Source: Planctomycetota bacterium
GTDB taxonomy: Bacteria; Planctomycetota; SZUA-567; H5-PLA8
Reading direction: 5' to 3'
Assembly: GCA_015075375.1 (NCBI GenBank)
Contig: JABTUM010000002.1
Span: 16,306 to 80,305, forward strand
Length of the DNA stretch: 64,000 bases
The first letter of the stretch is position 1; every line of letters starts with the position of its first letter. The position numbers and the translations under genes are program-made. Below, piece by piece: positions 24,808-33,831 of the stretch. The notes beneath the pieces were generated by a model. It was not told the origin of the DNA, ran no database searches, and saw only the letters and a list, made by a program, of their open reading frames with translations.

Positions 24808-27165
24808 TCAGGGATCGATGGAGGGTTCGGGGGTTACGGAATCGGGTTCTGGGACGGCGGCTTCGGCGATGCGGTCGACGATGCGTTCGAGGCGTTGGAG
24901 TTCCTGCTTGGCGCGGCGGATGGCGAAGGTGTAGCCGAAGTCCTCCTTGAGCGCGGCGAATTCGGGGTTGAGTTCCATGGCGTGCCAGTTGAGCCATCCG
25001 TAATCGACGGCGACGTGGAGCGCGTGGACGCTTTCGTCGCGCGCGCCGATGGCGGCGTAAAATCCCGCGGCTTCGAACCAGACGCGCTCGTCCCGTCGCG
25101 CGTCCTCGAGGGCCTGGCCGACCAGGGCTCGGGCTTCGTCGTGGCGTCCGGCGGCCCAGACGGAGCGGGCGAGTCGCGTGCGCTGCCAAGCTCGGCCCGG
25201 TTTGTCGGCGGGCGCTTTGAGTTCGAGGGCGCGGCGGAGTTCGCGCGCGGCGGCCTCGTAATGCCCGGCGGCGTGGAGCGCCCAGCCGTAGGTATCGACG
25301 ATGTAATCTTCGCGCGGTTCCATGCTGACGGCGCGGGTGGCGAGGGCGAGGGCTTCGCCGGTGCGGCGGTACTCGGGCAGGAAGCTGGTGGCGTAAAACC
25401 AGGCGTGATTATTGAAATAGCCGACGTCTTCTTCGCTGCCACGGCTGATGCGTTCGAAGGCGGCTTGCGCGTCGGCGTAGCGGCCGACTTCGTGGCAGGC
25501 GTTGGCGACCTGATGAAGCAGCCCGATTTCCGGTTCCGGCTTGCGGAGTTCGGCTTCGAGGATGCGCAAGGCGCGGTCGGTGAGTCCGAGGCGTTCGAAG
25601 GTACCGGCGGCGACGCTGGCGGCGTAGCCGCCACGGCCTTCGCCGCGATAGATGAGCAAGGCGCGGCGGACGATGCGTTCGAAAGACTGGCGGTCGTGTT
25701 CGAGCTTGTAGAGCGCATGGAGGGCTTGATCGTCGCCGTCGGCGGCTTTGGAGCGGAAGACGGGGAGCGCTTCGCGGACGCGCCAGTCGGCGAGGAGGCG
25801 CAGCGCGGTTTGAGCGGCGGCGCCGCGGCCTTCGGCGATGCGGATCAAGGTTTCGATGCCTGCCGGATCGCCGAGGTTGGCGAGGGCCTGGGCTTTCTCG
25901 ATCTCGCCTTCGCGAACCTCGCTGAGGTTGAGCGCGCGAATCTGCGGAAGCGCTTCCTTGTATTCGAAGTGGCCGAGGGCGGAGGTCGCGGCCTGGAGCA
26001 CGTCGGGATCGGCGTCCTTCAGGCATGCGGCGATTTCGGGAGCGGCCTCGCGGGCGTTGAGGGCCACCAGGGCGTGAAGGGCGGAGATGCGGACGGCGGC
26101 GGAATCGTGCTTAAGGGCGCTTTTGAGGGTGGGGAGCGCGGCGGGGTCGGCGATGGCGCCGAGGGTATCGACGATGAAGTCCTGGAGGTCCTGATTCTCG
26201 GGCTTGGCGTACATCTCGACGAGGAGGGGCACGCTGGCGGCGTCGCGCAGGCCGGCCAATCCGTTGAGCGCGCCGAGCTTGAGTTCGCGGTCGTCGGCTT
26301 CGAGCGCGTGCTTGAAGACGGGAGCGGCCTCGGGGTCGAGCATGTCGCGCAGTGCGGTGAGCGCGGCGCCGCGGATGGCGGCGGGGACTTCGCCGTCGCC
26401 GATGGCGAGTTTGCGCAGCGCGGGCATGCTTTCGGGATCGCGCAGGCGCAGGGAGAGCACGCGGATGGCCTGGAGGCGGAGGAGTTCGCGGGGCGATTCG
26501 AGGGCTTCGCGGACGAGCTTGAGGGAAGCGGGGCCTTGATCCTGGGCGAGGGCCCAGAGGGTCATGGCGCGGAGCGGTTCGGCCAGATCGCCGCGGCCGT
26601 AGAGTTCGCGCAGGGGCGCGCCGGCCTCGGGAGGCAGAGGCAGCCAGCCGAGTTCGCGGACGATGGCTTCGAGCGCGCCGGGATCCTGTTCGGTCTTCAT
26701 CAGTTCGAGGAGGGCGGGTACGGCGGCGGCGTGGCCGCGCTGGGCGAGTTCGGAGACGGCGGCGGCGCGTTCCTCGGGCTGCTGGAGCGGGTAGGTGCGG
26801 ACGATCTCGCGGAGGCGTTCTTCGAGGCCCGGAGATTCGGCGAGCGCGACGGCTTGGCGCAGCGTGGTGAGGCGCCACTTGAGATCGGGGTCGCCGGTGA
26901 CGTCGAGCTTGGCGAGGTACGGCAGGACGGCGGTGCCGGCCTGGCGGAGGCTTTCGAGGGCCTGCTGGCGTTCGCCGAAGACTTCGCTTTTGAGCTGGGC
27001 GACGAGGCGTTCGAGTTCGGCGGGCTTGAAGGCGGGCGCGGCTTCACCGGCGCTGAGGCCAACCAAGCAGAGTGCGCAGGGCCACAGCGCCAAGAAAGAT
27101 AGAGCGCAGAGGCGGCGTGCGGCGTTCGGGCCGGCTCGGCCGGACGCGCGCCGCCGGGCGATCAC
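24808..27165 (-). CDS. Exported HEAT-repeat plus TPR protein
   Basis: GTG at 27165 overlaps the upstream TGA (GTGA). The signal-like RRLCALSFLALWPCALCLVGLSAGEAAP is followed by repeated ..A..AL..L.DP.A.P.L.. HEAT-like units and then TPR-like helices. The first 154 codons of the track ORF (to 27627) are Arg-rich and overlap the cNMP gene. Confidence 0.75.
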   Translation of the reverse strand: MIARRRASGRAGPNAARRLCALSFLALWPCALCLVGLSAGEAAPAFKPAELERLVAQLKSEVFGERQQALESLRQAGTAVLPYLAKLDVTGDPDLKWRLTTLRQAVALAESPGLEERLREIVRTYPLQQPEERAAAVSELAQRGHAAAVPALLELMKTEQDPGALEAIVRELGWLPLPPEAGAPLRELYGRGDLAEPLRAMTLWALAQDQGPASLKLVREALESPRELLRLQAIRVLSLRLRDPESMPALRKLAIGDGEVPAAIRGAALTALRDMLDPEAAPVFKHALEADDRELKLGALNGLAGLRDAASVPLLVEMYAKPENQDLQDFIVDTLGAIADPAALPTLKSALKHDSAAVRISALHALVALNAREAAPEIAACLKDADPDVLQAATSALGHFEYKEALPQIRALNLSEVREGEIEKAQALANLGDPAGIETLIRIAEGRGAAAQTALRLLADWRVREALPVFRSKAADGDDQALHALYKLEHDRQSFERIVRRALLIYRGEGRGGYAASVAAGTFERLGLTDRALRILEAELRKPEPEIGLLHQVANACHEVGRYADAQAAFERISRGSEEDVGYFNNHAWFYATSFLPEYRRTGEALALATRAVSMEPREDYIVDTYGWALHAAGHYEAAARELRRALELKAPADKPGRAWQRTRLARSVWAAGRHDEARALVGQALEDARRDERVWFEAAGFYAAIGARDESVHALHVAVDYGWLNWHAMELNPEFAALKEDFGYTFAIRRAKQELQRLERIVDRIAEAAVPEPDSVTPEPSIDP

Positions 27166-27737
27166 GGCTGTTCCTTGCGGCCGACGGCTTTCAAGATGCC
27201 GCTGAGGCGGCGGGTGACGGCGGCGAGCTTCTCCTGCGATACTTCCTCGGGCGGGGCGATGTGCGAAAGTTCGATGAGCCGGTCGAGGGCCCAGCGCAGG
27301 CGGTGCGTGGCGATGCGGCCGACGTTGTAGGCCAAGCGGTAGGCGGTGAGATGGCCTTGGGCGATCTTTTCGTCGAAGACGGCCAGGTCGAGGCGTCCGA
27401 CGATGACGTCGGTGCGCGCGACGACGCTGCTGCTGCGTGTTTCGCGCGTCAACAGGCTCATTTCGCCGAAGACGCTGGGGCCGTCGAGTTCGGTGATGAC
27501 GGCCGGTCCGTTGGGGGTATCGCGCATGACGGCAACGCGGCCCTTGGCAAGGACATACAGCCCGCTGGGCGGTTCGCCTTCGCGGAAGAAGATATGCCCG
27601 TTCGGATGGTTGGAGCGGACGAGCCACTCGCTGAGATCTTCGATCTGCAGCTTGCTCATCTGCTCGAAGATGGGGATATCGGGAAGTCCGCCGGAAACCA
27701 TGGCCGTGCCTCGCATCCCAAGTACCTGCCGGCTCAC
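27162..27737 (-). CDS. Cyclic nucleotide-binding domain protein (no DNA-binding domain evident)
   Basis: IPIFEQMSKLQIEDL...GHIFFREGEPPSGLYVLAKGRV...VFGEMSLL is a canonical cNMP-binding fold, with a ~60-aa helical tail. Start ambiguous: GTG 27737, ATG 27716 or ATG 27701. Confidence 0.8.
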   Translation of the reverse strand: MSRQVLGMRGTAMVSGGLPDIPIFEQMSKLQIEDLSEWLVRSNHPNGHIFFREGEPPSGLYVLAKGRVAVMRDTPNGPAVITELDGPSVFGEMSLLTRETRSSSVVARTDVIVGRLDLAVFDEKIAQGHLTAYRLAYNVGRIATHRLRWALDRLIELSHIAPPEEVSQEKLAAVTRRLSGILKAVGRKEQP

Positions 27738-27791
27738 GTTATACCGGGGCGCGCTTGGAGTGAACAGCGCATCGGGGCTCTAACGGGCGCT

Positions 27792-28214
27792 TCAGGTTCC
27801 GGGGGGCAAGGCGCGGTCGGAGTGGCCGGCGGGCAGGCCATCGCGTTCGTTGAGCCATTCGCGCGCGGATTCCAGCGTGCGGAAGACGCCGATCTTGACG
27901 TGGAGGCGTTCGCCGTAGCTGGAGAGCATGCGCAGGAGGCCGAAGGTGGCGGGGGCCTGCGCCAGCAGCGCCCAGCGCGTGCGTTCGACGCGCTCGGGAA
28001 AGGCTTGGAGCAGGTACAGGAGATTCCAGAGTTCGGTGGAGCCGACTTCGAGTTCGGCGGTACGGAAGTCGCCGATGATCTGGATGCCGGGCTTGAAGTC
28101 GGGCTCTTCCAGGAGTTTCCGGATCGCGGCGGAGAGTTCTTTATAATTGATGGGACCTTCGGCGGTCAGGTGCGCGAACGAAGCGGCGGCATGAAGGGTA
28201 TAGCGAATGGGCAT
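27792..28214 (-). CDS. Hypothetical protein, STAS/SpoIIAA-like pattern
   Basis: 140 aa, ATG at 28214. The pattern ..AEGPINYKELSAAIRKLLEEPDFKPGIQIIGDFRTAELEVGSTELWNL..RWALLAQAPATFGLLRM...VFRTLESAREWL resembles small STAS-fold regulatory domains. Weak, from memory. Confidence 0.55.
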   Translation of the reverse strand: MPIRYTLHAAASFAHLTAEGPINYKELSAAIRKLLEEPDFKPGIQIIGDFRTAELEVGSTELWNLLYLLQAFPERVERTRWALLAQAPATFGLLRMLSSYGERLHVKIGVFRTLESAREWLNERDGLPAGHSDRALPPGT

Positions 28215-28412
28215 CGAGTTGACCTGTCATCTGACGCGAGTACGTGCATGTCTAGTTGCTTATACAACCGGTCCTGGGAATTTCCAGAGACCGCTTTGCG
28301 GCTTGTTTCACGGCCGGATGCTACGGAAGAACCGGTATAAGCGCAAAGCGTATGGTCCGCCCGGGGCGGGCGGGAGGTATATCGCGCACAGGTGCTTGAT
28401 CCGGAGGCGTCG

Positions 28413-29510
28413 TCAGGGCCGCAGGACGCTTTTGAACGCCCGAATGCGCGCGTCGTCGGGCTTGCCGCCGGCGCCGAGCGTGGGGGCGATCCAGCCGCCT
28501 TCGTCGTATTCGTTCCAGGAATATACGATCAGGGTGCGCGCGGGCATGGCTTGCGGATTTTGCGCGGCCCATGCGAGCGCGCGCTTCAGGTGCGCGGCGA
28601 TCTCCTCGGGCTGTGCGGTTTCGACGTAGGTGCGGGTGCGGTGGTAGTCGTGATCTTTTTCCCAGGATACGGGGTGGTCCATGCGCGGGCGCTTGTCCCA
28701 GCCGGTGCTGACGAGCGGGATGCAGGGGGCCTGGAGGTCGCGCGCGCGGTTCCAGTAATCGCGTTCCAGATTTTCGCTGAAGCGCGCGAAGATTTTGGTT
28801 CCGGTGTTCGCGTAGGCATACGCGGAAATGGCATCGGCTCCCATCTGGCGGGCCTTTTCCCAGTCGGCGGCGGGGTTGAAGCCCATGTAGGCGATGTAAG
28901 GATCGCCGAGATTCGCTTGGCGCGCGGCGGCGCGGAGTTCGGCGAAACGGGTGCGGACGGGTTCGGCATCGACGGGGCCGCCCTTGAAGAGATACAGCAG
29001 CGGGCGGCCGTCCAGTACGCGCAGGTATCCGGGTTCGCGAAAGAGCTTCAGGTAGCGCTGGAGCACGGCCGGCCACGCCTCGGGCGCGCATGAGACTTGG
29101 CTATGCAGGATCATGCAGAAGCGGACGCGTTCGCGCTGGGGGTGGGCGAGGTAGCGCCGCAACGCGCGCGACATCTCGCCGTCTTCGGGATATTCCAGGA
29201 AGGCCCAGTAATCGATGCCCGCTTCCGCGGCCCATTCGATCTCGCGGCCCATCACGGCGTCGGTATCGCCGCGAATTTCGACGCCGGGCTCGGCTTCCAC
29301 GGTTCGGGCGAACCACGGCAGGCGAAAACGGTGCGGCGGGTGGCCGAGGGTGCGTTCGACTTGCGCGGTGACGGGGCCGCCGGACCAGGCGTCCCAACGT
29401 ATGGCTCCGACGGTGGGGCGCGGCATGGGTGCAGGTGCCTCCTTGGTTTCTCCGGCGCGGAGGGCGCCGGCGACGGCCAGCAGAAAGAGGATCGTTCCGC
29501 GTACGGTCAT
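28413..29510 (-). CDS. Secreted hypothetical protein, glycoside-hydrolase-like
   Basis: ATG at 29510 inside track ORF 28413..29996. Signal peptide MTVRGTILFLLAVAGALRAG. The IVYSWNEYDEGGWIAPT motif is reminiscent of the SWNEW.EG motif of some glycosidases. Family not established. Confidence 0.6.
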   Translation of the reverse strand: MTVRGTILFLLAVAGALRAGETKEAPAPMPRPTVGAIRWDAWSGGPVTAQVERTLGHPPHRFRLPWFARTVEAEPGVEIRGDTDAVMGREIEWAAEAGIDYWAFLEYPEDGEMSRALRRYLAHPQRERVRFCMILHSQVSCAPEAWPAVLQRYLKLFREPGYLRVLDGRPLLYLFKGGPVDAEPVRTRFAELRAAARQANLGDPYIAYMGFNPAADWEKARQMGADAISAYAYANTGTKIFARFSENLERDYWNRARDLQAPCIPLVSTGWDKRPRMDHPVSWEKDHDYHRTRTYVETAQPEEIAAHLKRALAWAAQNPQAMPARTLIVYSWNEYDEGGWIAPTLGAGGKPDDARIRAFKSVLRP

Positions 29511-29580
29511 ACCGTTACATACCCTCGAGCCGGGCTTCGGCGCGGGGTTTCCGCTGTTTCCGGCCCGTGGGCTGGAAGCG

Positions 29581-30018
29581 CTACCGATTGGCGGCGGGGT
29601 CCGCGGAGGTATCGGGCAAGTGGAGGGCTTCGCGGATGAGGACGCGGTATGCGGCAATGTTGAAGGGCTTCGAGAGTATGCCGGCGACGGATTCGGTAAT
29701 TTCTTTAAGAATCCGAGTTTCCGAGCCGCCGCTGAGGCGCCTGCGGGCGTCGCGCAGCGGATCGGCGTGGGCGCTGAGGATGATGACGGCGGGCGGATCG
29801 GGCTGATCGCGCAAACGGCGCAGCAGTTCGAGTCCGTCGGGCTCGGGCATTTCGAGATCGACGATAGCGAGCTTGACGTTGCCGCGGCGCAGGCGCTGCC
29901 AAGCGTCCTCGCCGCTGGTGTACGCCTCGGAAGCGAGACCCATGTCGCCGAGCACGCTCTGCTGCAGCGTGAGCACGCCGCGATCGTCGTCGACAAGCAC
30001 GATGGTGGCGGGTGTCAT
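29581..30018 (-). CDS. Single-domain response regulator (receiver)
   Basis: ATG at 30018 with GAGGA 7 nt upstream. Motifs: IVLVDDD, AIVDLEMPEPDG, ILSKP. Confidence 0.85.
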   Translation of the reverse strand: MTPATIVLVDDDRGVLTLQQSVLGDMGLASEAYTSGEDAWQRLRRGNVKLAIVDLEMPEPDGLELLRRLRDQPDPPAVIILSAHADPLRDARRRLSGGSETRILKEITESVAGILSKPFNIAAYRVLIREALHLPDTSADPAANR

Positions 30019-30127
30019 GTTCGAATCCTCATTGGGCGAAGGGGCGGCGCCAAGCGCTTGACCCAAGCACCTTCAGTATACCCCATGGCACGCCGGTGCG
30101 CTTGAAGCAGAGCCTTGTACCGTTAGC

Positions 30128-31603
30128 GTGACGTCCACATCCGCGATGAAAAACTCCGAGGCTCCGGCCGCACCCTCCGATCCCGGCACCGGCATGACGC
30201 CGGAGGATTCGCCCATCAGCCGGCGCGCGGACGGCGTGCCGATCGAGTGGACCCCCGCGATCCAAGGCATCCTGAAGCGCGTGACGCTGGCGGGCTGTCT
30301 GGCGATGGTATACGTGGAGTTCACGGGCTCGGCGGCGCAGGTGGAATACGCGCGGTCTCTGGGCGCGACGGAATTTCACTTCGGAGTGCTCGGCGCGATC
30401 CCGTCGGCGGCGCTGTTGTTGCAGTTTCTCTCGGCCTTCTGGCTGAATCGATTGCGTTACCGCAAGCGGGTCTGGATCCCGCTGATGACCCTGCACCGGC
30501 TCGTGCCGGTGGCAGTGGCGATCGTGCCGTACGCGATGCCGGCGGCCGATTCGCACACGTGGGTCTGGACGATGCTGGGCTTGCTGGCGCTGAGCCACGG
30601 GCTGGGCAATCTGGGCGTGCCGATGTGGTTCGGCTGGATGGCGGACTTGCTTCCGCCGCGCCATTTGGCCGAATACTGGAGCATGCGCCGGCGCGCGCAG
30701 GCGTTCACCTCGGCCTGCGCGCTGCTGGCATCGGCGGGCTTTTTCTGGTGGCTGAGCGCGGTGGATATCCGCGTGACTTTCCTGGCCGCCTCGCTGGCCG
30801 GCGCGGCGGCGGGCGTGGCGGATATCCTGCTGTTCATCGGCGTGCCGGAACCGCCGAACGCGCGGCCCGCGGACGGCGGCTGGGCGAGCTTTACTGCTCC
30901 GTTTCGCGACGCGGAGTACCGGCCCTTCATCGTCTTCTCGGCGTACTGGTCGTTCGCGGCGACGTGGAGCTTTCCGTTTTTTCGGCTGTACATGCTGACG
31001 GAACTGGGCCTGAGCCTGCCGGCGACGATGGCTCTGTTTCTGGTGCACGCGCTGGGCGGGGCGCTCTTCACGGCCAATTTCGGGCGCTTGATCGACAAGA
31101 TGGGCCAGCGGCCGGTGATCATCCTGTGCACGGCGCTGAAATCGGGCATCGTGCTGGCCTTTCTCTTTGTGACGCCGGCTTCGGCGGCGTGGGTGCTTGC
31201 GCCGGTCTTCGTCTTCGACAACATCATGAATACGGGGCTGCTGATCGGGCACAACGGTTACGTGCTGCGGGAATCGCCGCGCGAGAACCGGGGCATGTAC
31301 GTGGCGGCGGTGCAGGCGTGCAGCGGACTGGCGGGAGCCGCGGCGGCCTTGATCGCGGGGGATCTGCTGCAACGCTGGGACGGCTACGCGGAGGTATGGA
31401 TGGGCATGGCCATGAATCATTACCACCTCGTTTTTGCGATCGGGATTGTGCTGCGGCTGGGGGCGATCGCGATGGCGCTGCGGATCCGCGAACCGCGCAG
31501 CCAGGCGACGGACGAGGTGCTGATCCAGACCGTGATGCCGGCGATGATGCGCTGGATGCGGGCGCCGGCGGGGTTTTTCAGCAGGGAGCAGAAGGGAGAT
31601 TAG
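30128..31603 (+). CDS. MFS transporter
   Basis: 491 aa with about 12 hydrophobic segments and RLRYRKR / GRLIDKMGQRP loop motifs. GTG start at 30128, alternative ATG at 30146. Confidence 0.8.
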   Translation: MTSTSAMKNSEAPAAPSDPGTGMTPEDSPISRRADGVPIEWTPAIQGILKRVTLAGCLAMVYVEFTGSAAQVEYARSLGATEFHFGVLGAIPSAALLLQFLSAFWLNRLRYRKRVWIPLMTLHRLVPVAVAIVPYAMPAADSHTWVWTMLGLLALSHGLGNLGVPMWFGWMADLLPPRHLAEYWSMRRRAQAFTSACALLASAGFFWWLSAVDIRVTFLAASLAGAAAGVADILLFIGVPEPPNARPADGGWASFTAPFRDAEYRPFIVFSAYWSFAATWSFPFFRLYMLTELGLSLPATMALFLVHALGGALFTANFGRLIDKMGQRPVIILCTALKSGIVLAFLFVTPASAAWVLAPVFVFDNIMNTGLLIGHNGYVLRESPRENRGMYVAAVQACSGLAGAAAALIAGDLLQRWDGYAEVWMGMAMNHYHLVFAIGIVLRLGAIAMALRIREPRSQATDEVLIQTVMPAMMRWMRAPAGFFSREQKGD

Positions 31604-31727
31604 GTACGTGAGCGGTTCAGGCAACGGTCCATCGGCAAAAGCCAAACCAACGGTAAAAACAATCAAACGGCAAACGGATCGTTGAACACTTGCTTCACGC
31701 CCTTTGTGGAAGCGGCGGCGAGTTCGG

Positions 31728-33317
31728 TTATTCGATACGCAGGTTCCAGGTTGCGGTGTCGCTTTCTTTGAAGCCAATGCGGATGGCTTTTGCGCGCAGG
31801 TTCGCGGTCTTCTCGAGGCGCAGCGGGGCGGTGTAGACGCGCCATGTTTTGTCGCCGTCGATCTGGTAGCCGATGGACGCGCCCTGGGTGGGCGTATGGA
31901 GCTGCACCAGCAGCGGGGCTGCGTAGGCGGCGGTCTGGGCGACGGGTTCCTGAGCGCAGTTTTCTTCGGTGATGGGGACGGCGATGGGCGCGGCGGTCTG
32001 GGGCTGGGTGCGGTTGGGATACCACTGCCGGACCATCTGTTCTTCGGGGATGTCGCCGAGGTCTCCGTAGGTGCGGCGCCAGTCGTCGAGCGCTCCGCGC
32101 ATGCGTTCGAGTACGTTGCGGTGGGCCGGATCGCCGGCCAGGTTGCGCAGTTCGTGCGGATCGTTTTGCGTATCGAAGAGTTCTTCCGGCGGCCGTTCGC
32201 GGAAAAGGAAGTTCTGGTCGCCGGCGAGTTGGTTTTCGCGGTGCAGGCGCCAGAGTTCCTGGGTGACGGGGTGCCGGTTGCGGTAGGGAATCCAGGGCAG
32301 GTAGGGTGTGCCGGGGTAGTAGTGGCGGACGTAGCGGTAGCGCGCGTCGCGTGCGCTGCGGACCATGTCGTAGGCTTCGTCGTGGCGGTCGCGGGTGGAG
32401 AAGACGTATTCGCGCGGGACTTCGTCGGGCCCCAGGAAGGGCTGCCCGTGCAGATGCGCAGGCCGCGGCACGCCGCAGAGCGAGAGGACGGTCGGCCCGA
32501 GATCGACGAGGCTGACGAGGCGATCGTGGACGCTGCCGGGCTTGATCGGTCCTCCGGGCCAGCGCACAAGCAACGGAATCCGCGTGCCGCTGTCGTAAGG
32601 CCAGCGTTTGCGGCGCGGCAACCCTTCTCCGTGATCGCTCCAGATGAAGACGATGGTGTTCTGGGCGAGGCCGTCGGCTTCGAGTTCGGCGAGGAGTTCG
32701 CCGACGCGCCGGTCGGAGTCGGCGAGGTTGTCGTAGTGCCGGGCGAGGGCTTCGCGGGCCTTACGGGTGTTGGGCAGATAGGGCGGGAGTTCGACCTTCT
32801 CGGGATCGGTGACGAGGGCCTTGTCCTTGGGCCACATGCCGCTTTCGTGGGTGCCGGTGGGATTGAAGACGCTGAAGAAGGGCTGTCCGGGCGCTCGGTT
32901 GCGCCAGTGACCCGTGCGGCTGCAATCGTCCCAGGCGGTGAAGGGCGGGGCGAACTGGTAATCGGTCTTGTCGTTGTTGGAGCAGTAGTAGCCGTGGGTG
33001 CGCAGGTATTCGGGGAAGCAGCGGACGTAGTGCGGGATCACGGCGTCGTAGGGCGTGGGCAGGTCGGGCGTGGCGCGGTTCTTGTGGGTGGTCCGCATGT
33101 GATGGGTGCCCAGGGCGGTCTGGTATAGGCCGGTGATGATCGCGCTGCGGCTGGGGGCGCTGACGCCGGAGGTGCAGAAGGCGTTGGGAAAGCGCGCGCC
33201 TTCGGCGGCGAGGCGGTCGAGGTTCGGCGTGCGCGCGAGGGGATCGCCGTAGCACCCGAAGCGCGGGCTGGTGTCTTCGAGGCTGATCCAGAGGATGTTG
33301 GGGCGATTCGCCGGCAT
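31728..33317 (-). CDS. Sulfatase (Ser-type active-site motif) with C-terminal chitobiase/FN3-associated-like domain
   Basis: NILWISLEDTSP...TPNLDRLA..G..F.NAFCTSGVSAPSRSAIITG places the C/S-x-P-x-R signature as SAPSR. No signal peptide is evident. The C-terminal QLHTPTQGASIGYQIDGDKTWRVYTAPL matches that accessory-domain pattern. Confidence 0.85.
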   Translation of the reverse strand: MPANRPNILWISLEDTSPRFGCYGDPLARTPNLDRLAAEGARFPNAFCTSGVSAPSRSAIITGLYQTALGTHHMRTTHKNRATPDLPTPYDAVIPHYVRCFPEYLRTHGYYCSNNDKTDYQFAPPFTAWDDCSRTGHWRNRAPGQPFFSVFNPTGTHESGMWPKDKALVTDPEKVELPPYLPNTRKAREALARHYDNLADSDRRVGELLAELEADGLAQNTIVFIWSDHGEGLPRRKRWPYDSGTRIPLLVRWPGGPIKPGSVHDRLVSLVDLGPTVLSLCGVPRPAHLHGQPFLGPDEVPREYVFSTRDRHDEAYDMVRSARDARYRYVRHYYPGTPYLPWIPYRNRHPVTQELWRLHRENQLAGDQNFLFRERPPEELFDTQNDPHELRNLAGDPAHRNVLERMRGALDDWRRTYGDLGDIPEEQMVRQWYPNRTQPQTAAPIAVPITEENCAQEPVAQTAAYAAPLLVQLHTPTQGASIGYQIDGDKTWRVYTAPLRLEKTANLRAKAIRIGFKESDTATWNLRIE

Positions 33318-33342
33318 GTCGTAGTCCTCGCGTGAAAAAAGA

Positions 33343-33828
33343 TCAGGCTGCGCTCGCGGCGGAGCCTTTCAGGCGCATGGCAATAAACGCGGACCCGAGT
33401 CCGGCAAAGACGAGTCCGATGAAACCCAGGATCAGCCCGACGAAGTGCTGTTCGAGGAAGCCCGCGATGACCGGCTTGTCGGTATTCAACGGATCGTCGG
33501 GGTCGTAGTACACGTTCACCTTTTCGCCGATGTCGTAGGCGGGCGGGCTGCTGCTGACGGTGCCCAGGACTTCGACGGCGGGCATGGGCTGCTCGACTTG
33601 GCCGGGCGCGGGCGGCGGTCCGAAAGCCGGCGCGGGGTGAAAGCGGACCAGGGGCTTGGCGCCTTTGCCGGAGCCGACGAGTTGGACGACTTCGCCCTCG
33701 GCGACGGCGAAGTTCGCGATTTTGCTCTGGGACCGGTATTCGGCGTACCCTCCGCCGGCCAGCAGGGCCAGCCCCAGCAGAAAGAAGACCAGCGAGAGGA
33801 TCAACGGCGGCGGTTGGTTTCTGGGCAT
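33343..33828 (-). CDS. DUF3592-like membrane protein
   Basis: An N-terminal TM, a beta-rich middle (A.GEVV.L....) and a C-terminal TM. The start is 4 nt after the upstream stop. Confidence 0.6.
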   Translation of the reverse strand: MPRNQPPPLILSLVFFLLGLALLAGGGYAEYRSQSKIANFAVAEGEVVQLVGSGKGAKPLVRFHPAPAFGPPPAPGQVEQPMPAVEVLGTVSSSPPAYDIGEKVNVYYDPDDPLNTDKPVIAGFLEQHFVGLILGFIGLVFAGLGSAFIAMRLKGSAASAA

Positions 33829-33831
33829 GGT

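Noticed and set aside
20633-27102. Long plus-strand ORFs (20633..22921, 23010..24950, 24895..27102), antisense to the CHAT, PqqD-like and HEAT/TPR genes
   Set aside because: Their composition is Gly/Ala/Glu/Arg-rich without domain signatures. The opposite strand carries clear GYF, TPR, CHAT, PqqD-like and HEAT features.
27166-27627. N-terminal 154-codon extension of track ORF 24808..27627
   Set aside because: It overlaps the cNMP-binding gene in another frame and is Arg-rich. A GTG at 27165 overlapping the upstream stop opens directly onto a signal peptide.
29511-29996. N-terminal extension of track ORF 28413..29996, which would fuse two genes
   Set aside because: The extension is Ser/Pro/Ala-rich and overlaps the receiver gene 29581..30018 in another frame. 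An internal ATG at 29510 gives a clean signal peptide.
30019-30030. tRNA T-loop-like string gttcgaatcc
   Set aside because: No flanking acceptor, D or anticodon stems can be drawn. The string overlaps the RBS and start region of the receiver gene.
30029-32569. 846-aa minus-strand ORF spanning the MFS transporter and part of the sulfatase region
   Set aside because: It is an Arg/Pro/His-rich artefact. It is antisense to a well-formed 12-TM MFS gene and out of frame with the sulfatase.
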